Shown here: positions 55,358 to 64,000 of the stretch, in pieces
How the letters are laid out: each line of letters begins with the position of its first letter
Position numbering within the stretch: the stretch's first letter is position 1
Source of the DNA: an uncultured bacterium
GTDB lineage: Bacteria > Fidelibacterota > Marinisomatia > Marinisomatales > JACNKV01
Reading direction: 5' to 3'
NCBI GenBank assembly: GCA_964645915.1
Contig: CAZYDH010000002.1
Coordinates: forward strand, 91,607-155,606
Length of the DNA: 64,000 nucleotides
Translations under genes and position numbers: made by a program
The notes under the pieces: generated by a model
Seen by the model: the letters and a program-made list of their open reading frames with translations, nothing else
Database searches by the model: none
What the model was told of the DNA's origin: nothing

Positions 55358-57658
55358 ATGAGCAATAGATTAAAATTGCTAGTTGGACTCGTATATTTAA
55401 TCCTTACCGTTGGATTATTTGGTGAGGGAACGGGATCAATTCGCGGTGTAATTGTAACAGCAGAAGGAAAAATCCCGTTACAATCCGCAGAAGTAATAAT
55501 TAAAAATACAGAAATGGGAACAGTCAGCAATAAGGACGGAAAGTTTGAGCTTACTAATCTCCCAAATGGTACATATTTATTAACAACTCAATTTATAGGT
55601 TACAATACAAAAGAAACTCCAATTACCATTGAGTCTAACAATGAAACAATAGTAATCATCGAATTAGAAATGAAACCCATACATATAGAAGAGTTAATTG
55701 TAACGGGTTTTCATAACAACTTATCTCCTCAAAATATCCAATTTTCTAACACAGAATCTCCAAAAGAAATTGGTGAATATTTTCGACAAATTAATGGTGG
55801 TAATGCAATCAAAAAAGGTGGATTTGCGTTAGATCCTGTTCTACGGTCATTTAAATATGATCAATTAAATGTTCAGTATGATGGAGGAATTAAATGTTGG
55901 GGAGGATGTCCAAATAGAATGGATCCACCAACATCTCATATTCAATCTGATGATATTGAGCGGATTGAAATTCTAAAAGGACCATTTAATGTTCGATTTG
56001 GTCAAACTATGGGTGGTGTAGTAAATCTAGTCATGAAAAAGCCAAATCACTTTAAGGAAAATTATATTAGTGGGTCTGCAATGATAGGATATGAATCAGT
56101 TAGCAAGGGGAAACGTGGTCGACTTTCTATAAATGGAAAAAGAAATGCATTTGACTATTATCTTGCAGGAGGAACAAAAGAATATTCTAATTACACAACA
56201 GGTTCAAATATAGAAGTTCCATCTTCATTTCAACTAAGTGATTATACCGTAAAAGCAGGATATCAACATGAAAATAATCATCGCATGCAGGTTTCTTATC
56301 GTCAATCATTTGCCGATAATATAGATTACCCGGGTTTACCAATGGATGCAAAGGATGATGATACTGATATTTTGGCATTTGACTATTCAGGTCGATCTAT
56401 TAATAAAACAATCCATTTACTTACATTAAAATTATACAAAACGAATGTATACCATAAGATGGATAATGAAAATAGACCAAATCGAACTGCCTTGCATGCA
56501 GAAGTAAAAGCGTTTACAAAAACTTATGGTGGAAGAGCAGAAATTGGTTTAAGTACATTCAACGCAAGTAGACTATACTTCGGAATGGACTATTACTCAT
56601 TATCCAAAACTGGTGATAGAGAACGGGCAGTATTTAAAAACATGTGTAATGGAATGGTGTTTGAAGAACCCATGTTATTTACTGATCATGTTTGGCAGGA
56701 TTCCGAAATAGCAGATTTAGGTATTTTTAGTGAATTAGATTTCCATTTAAATCATAGAATGATAGGAAAAGCAGGATTTAGATATGATATAATTCAATCT
56801 GAGATCAAAGACCCTTCAATCCAATTCACAGATGCATATGGTGAAATCTCAGACTTTGATTCAGATAATTATACCGGAATGCTATCGTTTAGTTTTTTAC
56901 CCAATGCTACTACAGAATGGTCGTTATTGCTTGGTCGAGGAATGAGAGCACCTAGTATAACCGAGAGATATGTTAACCATCTACCCATCGGATCCGATGC
57001 TCATGAATATTTTGGGAATCCGTATTTAAAATCTGAAGTTAATCATCAAATTGAAATAGCGTTTGGGAAAAATGAAAGATCATATTCCTTAAGAACAAGC
57101 ATTTATTATTCTCAATTTATTGATTATATATCAGCAAAAATTGATACGAGTTTGAATAAGGTTTATATGGCATGTATAGATCCAAAAGATGTAAAACGAT
57201 TTCAGAATATTTCTAATGCTCACCAATTTGGGTTTGAGACGGAACTATCAGGAACTTTGTGGAAAAACATTAACTATCATGGATCTGTTTCTTATACAAT
57301 CGGAGATAATTTGGATGAAAATGAACCACTGCCGGAGGTGCCACCGTTAGTAGGTAGATTAACCATTCAATATCGCAGCGATAATAATCCCTTTACTTAT
57401 GAGATGTCAGGAAGGTTTGTAGCCGAACAGAACAGAGTCTCTTCGCTATTTGGTGAGACTGCGACACCCGGTTTTAATATCTTTGATTTACATGTAACTT
57501 ATAATCGAGATCAATGGAATATTAAAGTAGGTATACAAAATCTTCTTAATGAAAATTATTACGAACATTTAAGTCGTAAATATAAGAACATGCCGGATAG
57601 TTACTTACTATATGAACCAGGACGTAATATGGTAGTAAATATTTTATATAAATTTTAA
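55358..57658 (+). CDS. TonB-dependent receptor with an N-terminal CarboxypepD_reg-like domain; candidate copper receptor (OprC/NosA-like)
   Basis: The signal peptide is followed by a carboxypeptidase-regulatory-like domain (GSIRGVIVTAEGKIPLQSAEVIIKNT...NGTYLLTTQFIGY), a plug (DDIERIEILKGP) and a 22-strand-type barrel ending ...NILYKF. The plug carries GGCPNRMD (CxxxM) and the barrel carries HRM (HxM). Confidence 0.8.
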   Translation: MSNRLKLLVGLVYLILTVGLFGEGTGSIRGVIVTAEGKIPLQSAEVIIKNTEMGTVSNKDGKFELTNLPNGTYLLTTQFIGYNTKETPITIESNNETIVIIELEMKPIHIEELIVTGFHNNLSPQNIQFSNTESPKEIGEYFRQINGGNAIKKGGFALDPVLRSFKYDQLNVQYDGGIKCWGGCPNRMDPPTSHIQSDDIERIEILKGPFNVRFGQTMGGVVNLVMKKPNHFKENYISGSAMIGYESVSKGKRGRLSINGKRNAFDYYLAGGTKEYSNYTTGSNIEVPSSFQLSDYTVKAGYQHENNHRMQVSYRQSFADNIDYPGLPMDAKDDDTDILAFDYSGRSINKTIHLLTLKLYKTNVYHKMDNENRPNRTALHAEVKAFTKTYGGRAEIGLSTFNASRLYFGMDYYSLSKTGDRERAVFKNMCNGMVFEEPMLFTDHVWQDSEIADLGIFSELDFHLNHRMIGKAGFRYDIIQSEIKDPSIQFTDAYGEISDFDSDNYTGMLSFSFLPNATTEWSLLLGRGMRAPSITERYVNHLPIGSDAHEYFGNPYLKSEVNHQIEIAFGKNERSYSLRTSIYYSQFIDYISAKIDTSLNKVYMACIDPKDVKRFQNISNAHQFGFETELSGTLWKNINYHGSVSYTIGDNLDENEPLPEVPPLVGRLTIQYRSDNNPFTYEMSGRFVAEQNRVSSLFGETATPGFNIFDLHVTYNRDQWNIKVGIQNLLNENYYEHLSRKYKNMPDSYLLYEPGRNMVVNILYKF

Positions 57659-57680
57659 CTCAATAAACATGTAAACGACA

Positions 57681-57716
57681 ATAAAGCCTTGTTATACAAG
57701 GCTTTATTTGTTTTTA
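57681..57716. terminator. Bidirectional terminator between the convergent receptor gene and actF
   Basis: ataaagccttgt-tat-acaaggctttatttgttttt is a 10-bp stem with a T-run on the + strand and an A-rich flank. Confidence 0.75.
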
Positions 57717-57732
57717 AAACAATTAATGTTTT

Positions 57733-58920
57733 CTATACGTTTTCGAAATCAAAAGATTTTTGTAAAGTAGGATCATTCACAGGAACAATGGGATTAGAGA
57801 TTAACTGACGCCAAAATAGACTGATAAATACTCCACCAATACCTAGGAAGGTTGTTAAATCCATCCATGAAAAATGCACACCATGATGGTGAAGTGTTGG
57901 CATGACTACCCAATAAATATCAATGTAGTGCATGAAGAAAATCCATCCCGCCATGAATTTAACGATGAATAGATTTCGTTTAGAATATCTTAGGATCAAA
58001 ATGATAAAAGGAATGACAAAGTGACCAAAAATAAGGAATAAACTCATCGTCTTCCATGATCCAACCCAACGATGGAGAAACCAAATAGTTTCTTCCGGAA
58101 TATTAGCATACCAAATAAAGAAATATTGAGATCCGGCAATGTATGCCCAAAACACAACAAAAGCGAATAAGAGCTTTCCAAGATCGTGATAATGTTCTGT
58201 ACTTATTTCATCAGACAAAATCCCTTTCTTTTGTAGGAAATGTGAACATAAGATCAAAAATGTAATAATCGCTAAATAACTTCCGGTAAATACATAAACT
58301 CCAAAGATAGTAGAATACCAGTGAGCATCTGTGGACATTAACCAATCAAATGCTGCAAAAGAAATGGTCAATGAAAAGAGGATCATTCCAATGGCACTCA
58401 TTCTCAAAGAATTGGTTTTTGTCTTCTCAGAAAATGAATTATCTTGTTGTACTGAGTAATGGTATAGTTTATACGCCAAGAAGAACCAAATTAAGAAATA
58501 AACAAATGTTCTTACAATAAAAAAGACATCATTTAAATAGCCTGATTTAGCTGATAGAAGGGAATCCTTCGCTACAAGTTCGGTATGACTCCAATGATAG
58601 AGTTCATGAATTCCACCTAGCATGATAGGAATGAAAAAGATGAACAGCCAAGGGAGAACTTTCATAACCGTTTCTGCGAATCTGCGGAATATAGTACTCC
58701 AAACAGCTCCAGTGAGATAATGAAGCATCACAAAAAATAATCCACCAAGACCAAGAGTCGTCCAAAATGCAAAAGATACAAGGTACGAATAGTAGAATTG
58801 TTTTGAATCTATTGATGAACCGAAAGCGGAGAGAATCAGGAACAATATACCGAATCCAAGTGTGATATTTCCGAAAGAACCCGGTTGTGTAATTTTATAG
58901 GTGTTAGAATCGAATTTCAT
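57733..58920 (-). CDS. actF: Alternative Complex III subunit ActF (NrfD-like membrane subunit)
   Basis: It is a ~10-TM protein in last position of an actB-C-D-E-F gene order. Confidence 0.7.
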   Translation of the reverse strand: MKFDSNTYKITQPGSFGNITLGFGILFLILSAFGSSIDSKQFYYSYLVSFAFWTTLGLGGLFFVMLHYLTGAVWSTIFRRFAETVMKVLPWLFIFFIPIMLGGIHELYHWSHTELVAKDSLLSAKSGYLNDVFFIVRTFVYFLIWFFLAYKLYHYSVQQDNSFSEKTKTNSLRMSAIGMILFSLTISFAAFDWLMSTDAHWYSTIFGVYVFTGSYLAIITFLILCSHFLQKKGILSDEISTEHYHDLGKLLFAFVVFWAYIAGSQYFFIWYANIPEETIWFLHRWVGSWKTMSLFLIFGHFVIPFIILILRYSKRNLFIVKFMAGWIFFMHYIDIYWVVMPTLHHHGVHFSWMDLTTFLGIGGVFISLFWRQLISNPIVPVNDPTLQKSFDFENV

Positions 58921-58922
58921 CT

Positions 58923-59486
58923 TTATTCACCTGCATTTTGTAGTTTACGGATGTAAGACACGATTGCCCAGCGATCTTCTACCGGGATCTGATGTTTGTA
59001 TGATGGCATTAAAATATTTCCATTTGAGATCACTGAAAAGAGTTGACCCTCTGGCATGGTTCGAGCTCTTTTTGAATGAAGAGACGTAGCCGGCGGATAA
59101 ACATAATTGATCATTTTCCCCATCCCGTCTCCAGTTGAATTATGACAGGGTGTACAAAATATTTGGTAGTTTTTCTCACCTTTCATTAATAAGTCAGGGG
59201 AAAGCATTATTGGATTAGCAGAAACGAATTGTCCTGCATTATCCATACCGAAAAAATACTCAGTATCCTCATATAATTCTCCGATAGCAACTGTCCCTTC
59301 GACCGGAGCTCGCATTGCAGATTTATCTGTAAAGAATTTACTTTCTTTATATGGCTTGTATTTATTTTGAGTATCCATGTTCGGATTAAGGTGAACAGGA
59401 GGTTTTTCTGATTTATCTCCCTGGAGACAACCGTTGATAGATATTGCCATCAGAATGGAAATCGTCATAATCAATATTCGTCTCAT
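58923..59486 (-). CDS. actE: Alternative Complex III subunit ActE (monohaem cytochrome c lipoprotein)
   Basis: The lipobox is ISINGCLQG. A single CxxCH (CTPCH) is present, with a distal Met region (NILMPSYKHQI). Confidence 0.75.
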   Translation of the reverse strand: MRRILIMTISILMAISINGCLQGDKSEKPPVHLNPNMDTQNKYKPYKESKFFTDKSAMRAPVEGTVAIGELYEDTEYFFGMDNAGQFVSANPIMLSPDLLMKGEKNYQIFCTPCHNSTGDGMGKMINYVYPPATSLHSKRARTMPEGQLFSVISNGNILMPSYKHQIPVEDRWAIVSYIRKLQNAGE

Positions 59487-60022
59487 ACTTCTTCCTCCAG
59501 TAACTCGATATGTGTACTATTCATTGATTCCAGGAGTTGCTTTGTCTTTTTAGAGTCAAATTTATTGTCTTCTGAGTCGATACTTACAAAAAATCCATCA
59601 TCACTTGCTTTTGATTCAAATTGGTCAGAGTAAAATACAGGATGGTGAAATCTTGGTAGCTTATTTAATGCAAGCATACCAAATACTGCCGATATAGCTC
59701 CGAATAGGACTAATAAGGCAAAGGTAATGACGATATATGATTGCCAGGCGAAAAGGGGTTTACCACTAATAACAAGCGGATAGGCAACTGCATGAGACCA
59801 GGATTGTAATCCGAAACCTATTACTGCACCAAGAAAGGCAAAAAATCCAATGACATACCCTAAGATCGACCGTTTTAATCCCATTGCTTTATCCATTCCA
59901 TGAATAGGAAAAGGTGAATGACAATCGAACCTAGAATATTGATTATCACGTAGTTTTTCTGCTGCGTGAATTAACGCAGTAGGTGATGAAAATTCTGCAA
60001 TAATTCCTAATGTCTTTTTCAT
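59483..60022 (-). CDS. actD: Alternative Complex III subunit ActD (DUF3341-like)
   Basis: The N-terminal soluble segment is [21 protein letters not shown]..., followed by two TM helices. Starts and stops overlap (ATGA) on both sides. Confidence 0.75.
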   Translation of the reverse strand: MKKTLGIIAEFSSPTALIHAAEKLRDNQYSRFDCHSPFPIHGMDKAMGLKRSILGYVIGFFAFLGAVIGFGLQSWSHAVAYPLVISGKPLFAWQSYIVITFALLVLFGAISAVFGMLALNKLPRFHHPVFYSDQFESKASDDGFFVSIDSEDNKFDSKKTKQLLESMNSTHIELLEEEV

Positions 60023-61398
60023 GATTGATCCTCCTCATGATGTGGATCAGCCTGAGGTAAAACTGATTTCACTTCGGCAATTGATATCATCGGTAAAAAT
60101 CTGAGGAAAAGAAGGAAAAGTGTAAAGAACAATCCAAAACTTCCGATGAAAGTTAAGATATCCCAAATCGTGGGTGAGTAATAGTCCCAGGATGAGGGTA
60201 AGAAATCTCTTGAGAGAGAGGTTACAGTGATCACAAATCGCTCAAACCACATTCCAATATTAACAAGAATTGAAGCAACAAATAAAAATGCAACGTTATT
60301 GCGAAGTCGCTTAAACCAGAAGAGTTGCGGTACAAGAACGTTACAACTAATCATGGTCCAATATGCCCAGGCATAATTACCAAGAGCCCGGTTTGTAAAA
60401 GCAAATGATTCATACATGTTTCCGCTATACCATGCGATAAAGAACTCCATTGCATACGCATATCCAACCATTGATCCTGTCAGCAACATGACTTTAGACA
60501 TCCGTTCCAGATGTTTTACAGTAATAAAGTGTTCAAGGTTATAGAACCTACGAGCAATGATCGCCAGTGTCATCACCATTGCAAACCCTGAGAAAATGGC
60601 CCCTGCAACAAAATAGGGTGGGAAGATCGTTGTATGCCAACCCGGTATAATGCTGGTAGCAAAGTCAGAACTCACAACACTATGAACTGATAATACTAAT
60701 GGTGTCGACAATCCAGCCAATACTAAATAGGCAAGTTCATAGTTCTGCCACTGACGGTTTCCTCCTCGCCATCCAATGGCAAAGAAACCTAATATCTTTT
60801 TCTTAAGACCTTTAGCACGATCACGAAGCGTCGCAAGATCAGGGATTAAACCGGTATACCAGAAAAGTAATGAAACCGTAAAATAGGTGCCCACAGCAAA
60901 GAAATCCCATAATAATGGACTTCTAAAATTAGGCCACATTCCCATCTGATTTGGGATAGGGAAGAACCAGTGTAGTAACCAGATTCGACCCACGTGTATT
61001 CCTGGAAAGAGTAATGCACAGATGACAGCAAATATCGTCATTGCCTCTGCAAAGCGATTAATGGATGTTCGCCATTTTTGTCTAAGTAAGAAAAGGATTG
61101 CAGAAATAAGTGTTCCGGCATGACCGATACCGACCCAAAACACAAAATTGACAATTGCCCAACCCCAACCAACAGGATTGTTCAATCCCCAAATACCGGT
61201 TCCTTCCCAAATGAGAAATCCCACAGAACCTAATAGGACCAGAAGCAATGAGAATGCCATCCCAAAAGCCAAGAACCATTCTTTTGGAGCTTTTGTCTCT
61301 GTGATTTTACTTATCTTTTCGGTTACCGATCTGAAGGTTTGGTTGCCTTCGATCAATGGCTTTTCAATAGTTGTAGATTTTTGGATGGTACTGCTCAT
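60019..61398 (-). CDS. actC: Alternative Complex III subunit ActC (NrfD/PsrC-family quinol-interacting membrane subunit)
   Basis: It is a ~10-TM NrfD-family protein ([31 protein letters not shown]). Its start overlaps the stop of actB. Confidence 0.85.
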   Translation of the reverse strand: MSSTIQKSTTIEKPLIEGNQTFRSVTEKISKITETKAPKEWFLAFGMAFSLLLVLLGSVGFLIWEGTGIWGLNNPVGWGWAIVNFVFWVGIGHAGTLISAILFLLRQKWRTSINRFAEAMTIFAVICALLFPGIHVGRIWLLHWFFPIPNQMGMWPNFRSPLLWDFFAVGTYFTVSLLFWYTGLIPDLATLRDRAKGLKKKILGFFAIGWRGGNRQWQNYELAYLVLAGLSTPLVLSVHSVVSSDFATSIIPGWHTTIFPPYFVAGAIFSGFAMVMTLAIIARRFYNLEHFITVKHLERMSKVMLLTGSMVGYAYAMEFFIAWYSGNMYESFAFTNRALGNYAWAYWTMISCNVLVPQLFWFKRLRNNVAFLFVASILVNIGMWFERFVITVTSLSRDFLPSSWDYYSPTIWDILTFIGSFGLFFTLFLLFLRFLPMISIAEVKSVLPQADPHHEEDQS

Positions 61399-64000
61399 GA
61401 TAATTCACCCGGTTTCAAATCAGGATTAGGATTTCTGAGTTTTGCTAAATATGTTACTCTCGGTTGAGTATTAATTTCGCCTAGAAGAGCATACATACGG
61501 TTTTGTTTTCGTAACGCTGAGATTTGACTGTCAGGGTCTGTGATATCACCAAAGATGATGGCATCGGATGGACACGATTGTTGGCAAGCGGTTGAAACTT
61601 CGCCATCTTGTATGCTCCGTCCTTCATTATTGGCAGTAATTTTTGCTTGAGTAATTCTCTGAACACAGAAAGTACATTTTTCCATGACCCCTCGGAATCG
61701 AACCGTTACATCAGGGTTTTGAACCATCTGTACGATCTCCGGTAAATCTTTTGTAAAGTTGTGGAAATTAAACCGTCTTACTTTATATGGACAGTTATTT
61801 GCACAATAACGAGTCCCGACACAGCGATTATATGTCATACTGTTTAAACCGTCCTCGGAATGGGTTGTAGCCGAAACGGGACAGACTTGCTCGCAAGGAG
61901 CCATTTCACAATGCTGACAATTGACGGGTTGGATAACCATATCAGGGTTGTCCATATCACCGGAATAATAGCGATCTAAACGAATCCAAGACATCTCTCT
62001 GCCTTTTTCCACTTGATCTTTTCCAACGATAGGAATGTTGTTTTCTCCCTGACAAGAAACTGAACAGGCATTACATCCGGTACAAACATTCAAATCGATT
62101 GTCATTCCCCATTGGGGTCCGGAATCGTAATTTACTTCGTCCCACATGGATACAAGTGGGATGGCAGAATCATGTTCGTTAACAAAATTAGGATTTTCTT
62201 TATAGTCTTCTAAAGTGGATTCTCTGACAATAGCTGGAAGACGTTTTTGAATTGCATCTGCAGCAAGTTTTTCAGTATCTAGCCCATGATGATCTTGAGT
62301 GCAGGCTAAAACGGTGGTTTTCGACGTTTTTGAAATTTTGACATTATCGGACCGCCATAATGCATTAAGTTCTCGTAGTGCATATGTGTTTTCACCAACA
62401 CCGTTACCAACTCTACCTGAAGAAGTTCTCCCATAACCTAATTCCACTGAAATGGATTGATCTGCATGTCCAGGCATGATCCATACAGGTAATTCAACAG
62501 AATACCCGTTTTTCTTTAAAGAAATAATATCTCGATTATTCACGCCTAGTTCTTTAGCTGTAGAATGGCTTAGCAATGCAGCATTATCCCAGGATAGTTT
62601 AGTGATTGGATCCGGGGTCTCCTGAAGCCAACCATTATTTGAAAACCTTCCATCAAATAGAGAAGAGGATGTCTTAAAAACAATTTCATATCCTTCGGAT
62701 GACACTATCGAGTTCTGCTTGAAAACTTTTGACATAGCCGTATTAGAAAGGAATGGATTAGCAGGTTTAGTAAGTTGATTTTTATAAACACCATCATGAA
62801 GAACCGTTCTCCAATTAGATGTAAAATCTGATCCAAAAATAGTTTTCCATGTTTCTTGAGTCAGATCATAACCTGAGGAAATAGTTTCATCTGCAACGAT
62901 TAATGAAGAAAGTAACTCAATAAAACTAATTCCACCGAATAATGGTTGAATTTGAGGTTGAGTAATACCTTTTGTTCCGTCTGGTGTAATGGTGTCACCC
63001 CATGATTCCAACGGATGAGCTTTATGGATACTCCACTCAGATTTTTTGGAAGTCTCATTAACGTGTGAACTTATATGGATCGTATGCTTTACTTTATTTA
63101 CAGCTTCATTGAAATGTAAGTCTACAGGTGTGTTATAAGCAGGGTTGCCGCCAAAAATGACTAACGTTGAGATATCTCCATTTTTCATATCGACTACTAA
63201 TGATCTTAAATCTTTAGTATCAGAACGATTATTTTTGTCAGAAGAGAAATATTCAACTGTAGTTCCGCGGTTTTTTAATGCATAATTAATTGCAAAGACA
63301 AGAGAATGAACATTTGCAGATTGACTTCTTCCGGCAACCACCAAAGATTGTTTTCTATTTTGTATCAAATCATTGGCTAAGGCATTAATCCATTTGCGAT
63401 TGAATGAATGATTTTTATAATCACTTAGTTCACTTACACCCGGGATAGAAAGTCCCATAGATTTAAGCTCAACAGCAAGAGCCGCTGCAAATGCACCAAT
63501 TTTTCCATGGCTGAGTCGGTAACGATGATCAGCAATTCCTCCGGTTACAGATAAGGAATTTTCAACAACATATAGTCTATTCATGGAATCATTTTCATCA
63601 TTTACTCGTCGTCCTTGCATAAAGTCTACAGTGTGACGAATAGAATGAGTTTCAGTATTTAAGAAATCAGCATCTAACGATACGACCACTTTTGCTTTTT
63701 CATAGTGGTATACGGGATCATAATCTCTACCGGTAGCAAGACGAATTCCGTCATGGATCATTTCATCACTAACGGGGTCCCAAGTAACCCATTTTGCTTT
63801 AGGGTATTTGGATAAGAAATCTTGTTTTAACCGAAGGTATGTTGGTGAGTTTAATGTTTCTGAAAATACAGCTAATCCATCACCTTGTGAGGGTTTAAAA
63901 TCTTTATCTAAAGATTTCCACTCAGTAGCAAAATTTTCAAGTTTAGACTCATATCCATTATGCAGAACAGATTGAGCTCTATCGGGATCATACATATCTA
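61395..64000 (-). CDS. actB: Alternative Complex III subunit ActB (fused molybdopterin-oxidoreductase-like B1 and 4Fe-4S B2 domains), with the N-terminus outside the window
   Basis: The frame stays open to the window edge. The C-terminal third carries ferredoxin clusters ([48 protein letters not shown]...CQQSCP). The N-terminal part resembles complex iron-sulfur molybdoenzyme (CISM) catalytic subunits. Confidence 0.85.
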   Translation of the reverse strand, partial: DMYDPDRAQSVLHNGYESKLENFATEWKSLDKDFKPSQGDGLAVFSETLNSPTYLRLKQDFLSKYPKAKWVTWDPVSDEMIHDGIRLATGRDYDPVYHYEKAKVVVSLDADFLNTETHSIRHTVDFMQGRRVNDENDSMNRLYVVENSLSVTGGIADHRYRLSHGKIGAFAAALAVELKSMGLSIPGVSELSDYKNHSFNRKWINALANDLIQNRKQSLVVAGRSQSANVHSLVFAINYALKNRGTTVEYFSSDKNNRSDTKDLRSLVVDMKNGDISTLVIFGGNPAYNTPVDLHFNEAVNKVKHTIHISSHVNETSKKSEWSIHKAHPLESWGDTITPDGTKGITQPQIQPLFGGISFIELLSSLIVADETISSGYDLTQETWKTIFGSDFTSNWRTVLHDGVYKNQLTKPANPFLSNTAMSKVFKQNSIVSSEGYEIVFKTSSSLFDGRFSNNGWLQETPDPITKLSWDNAALLSHSTAKELGVNNRDIISLKKNGYSVELPVWIMPGHADQSISVELGYGRTSSGRVGNGVGENTYALRELNALWRSDNVKISKTSKTTVLACTQDHHGLDTEKLAADAIQKRLPAIVRESTLEDYKENPNFVNEHDSAIPLVSMWDEVNYDSGPQWGMTIDLNVCTGCNACSVSCQGENNIPIVGKDQVEKGREMSWIRLDRYYSGDMDNPDMVIQPVNCQHCEMAPCEQVCPVSATTHSEDGLNSMTYNRCVGTRYCANNCPYKVRRFNFHNFTKDLPEIVQMVQNPDVTVRFRGVMEKCTFCVQRITQAKITANNEGRSIQDGEVSTACQQSCPSDAIIFGDITDPDSQISALRKQNRMYALLGEINTQPRVTYLAKLRNPNPDLKPGELS

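Noticed and set aside
57733-64000. Reading the act genes as a polysulfide/thiosulfate/tetrathionate reductase (PsrABC) or NrfCD system.
   Set aside because: The five-gene order is diagnostic of ACIII rather than a three-subunit Psr/Ttr enzyme: a fused B1-B2 subunit, an NrfD-like subunit, a DUF3341-like subunit, a monohaem lipoprotein and a second NrfD-like subunit. Confirmation of Mo-site loss still needs an alignment.
1-64000. A window-wide look for CRISPR arrays, tRNA/rRNA genes, riboswitches, IS elements and long non-coding gaps.
   Set aside because: No regularly spaced direct repeats or transposase-like ORFs were seen. The largest non-coding gaps are 250 bp or less. None showed tRNA cloverleaf features or recognisable riboswitch cores by eye. 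A covariance-model scan (Infernal/Rfam, tRNAscan-SE) would be needed to exclude small RNAs.

Overview
Chromosomal segment of an AT-rich bacterium, with no rRNA, tRNA, CRISPR array or IS element recognised. T9SS-type C-terminal sorting domains, weak or absent Shine-Dalgarno use, a Sec-type clade II nosZ and Alternative Complex III genes point to the FCB superphylum. A marine Marinimicrobia-, Ignavibacteria- or Calditrichota-like organism is my inference only. Three blocks stand out. (1) 1-10.9 kb is a beta-glucan (laminarin-type) utilisation locus. It starts with a translationally coupled TonB-dependent receptor, a 1154-aa T9SS-type cargo protein and a PorV-like barrel, followed by two GH16 enzymes and a GH5/CBM6 enzyme. 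(2) 11-42.8 kb is mostly housekeeping and envelope biogenesis: ZIP transporter, prfB with its +1 frameshift, lysS, lolCED-like genes, dnaK, tamB/tamA-like genes, moxR-DUF58, efp-accBC, gcvH, gmhA, xerD, an FTCD-like enzyme with a zinc-finger-like insertion, mutL, an RRM protein, and a DASS transporter with USP. It ends in a perR-ahpC-sodB oxidative-stress island. (3) 42.9-64 kb is a respiratory and accessory region. It holds a complete clade II nitrous-oxide reductase operon (nosZ, two dihaem cytochromes c, nosB-D-G-H-F-L-Y) and a second, convergent stand-alone nosD paralogue. Divergent from nosZ are a small Cys-motif membrane protein and an OprC/NosA-like TonB-dependent receptor carrying a CxxxM...HxM copper-site signature. 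Next come the actBCDEF genes of Alternative Complex III. The best candidates for undescribed biology are the receptor-cargo-PorV-like trio, the extra NosD, the Cys-motif protein plus copper-receptor pair beside nosZ, the 120-aa haem-free C-terminal extension of NosZ, and the C2H2-like insertion in FTCD. All calls come from reading the translations and DNA by eye; no database search was run.
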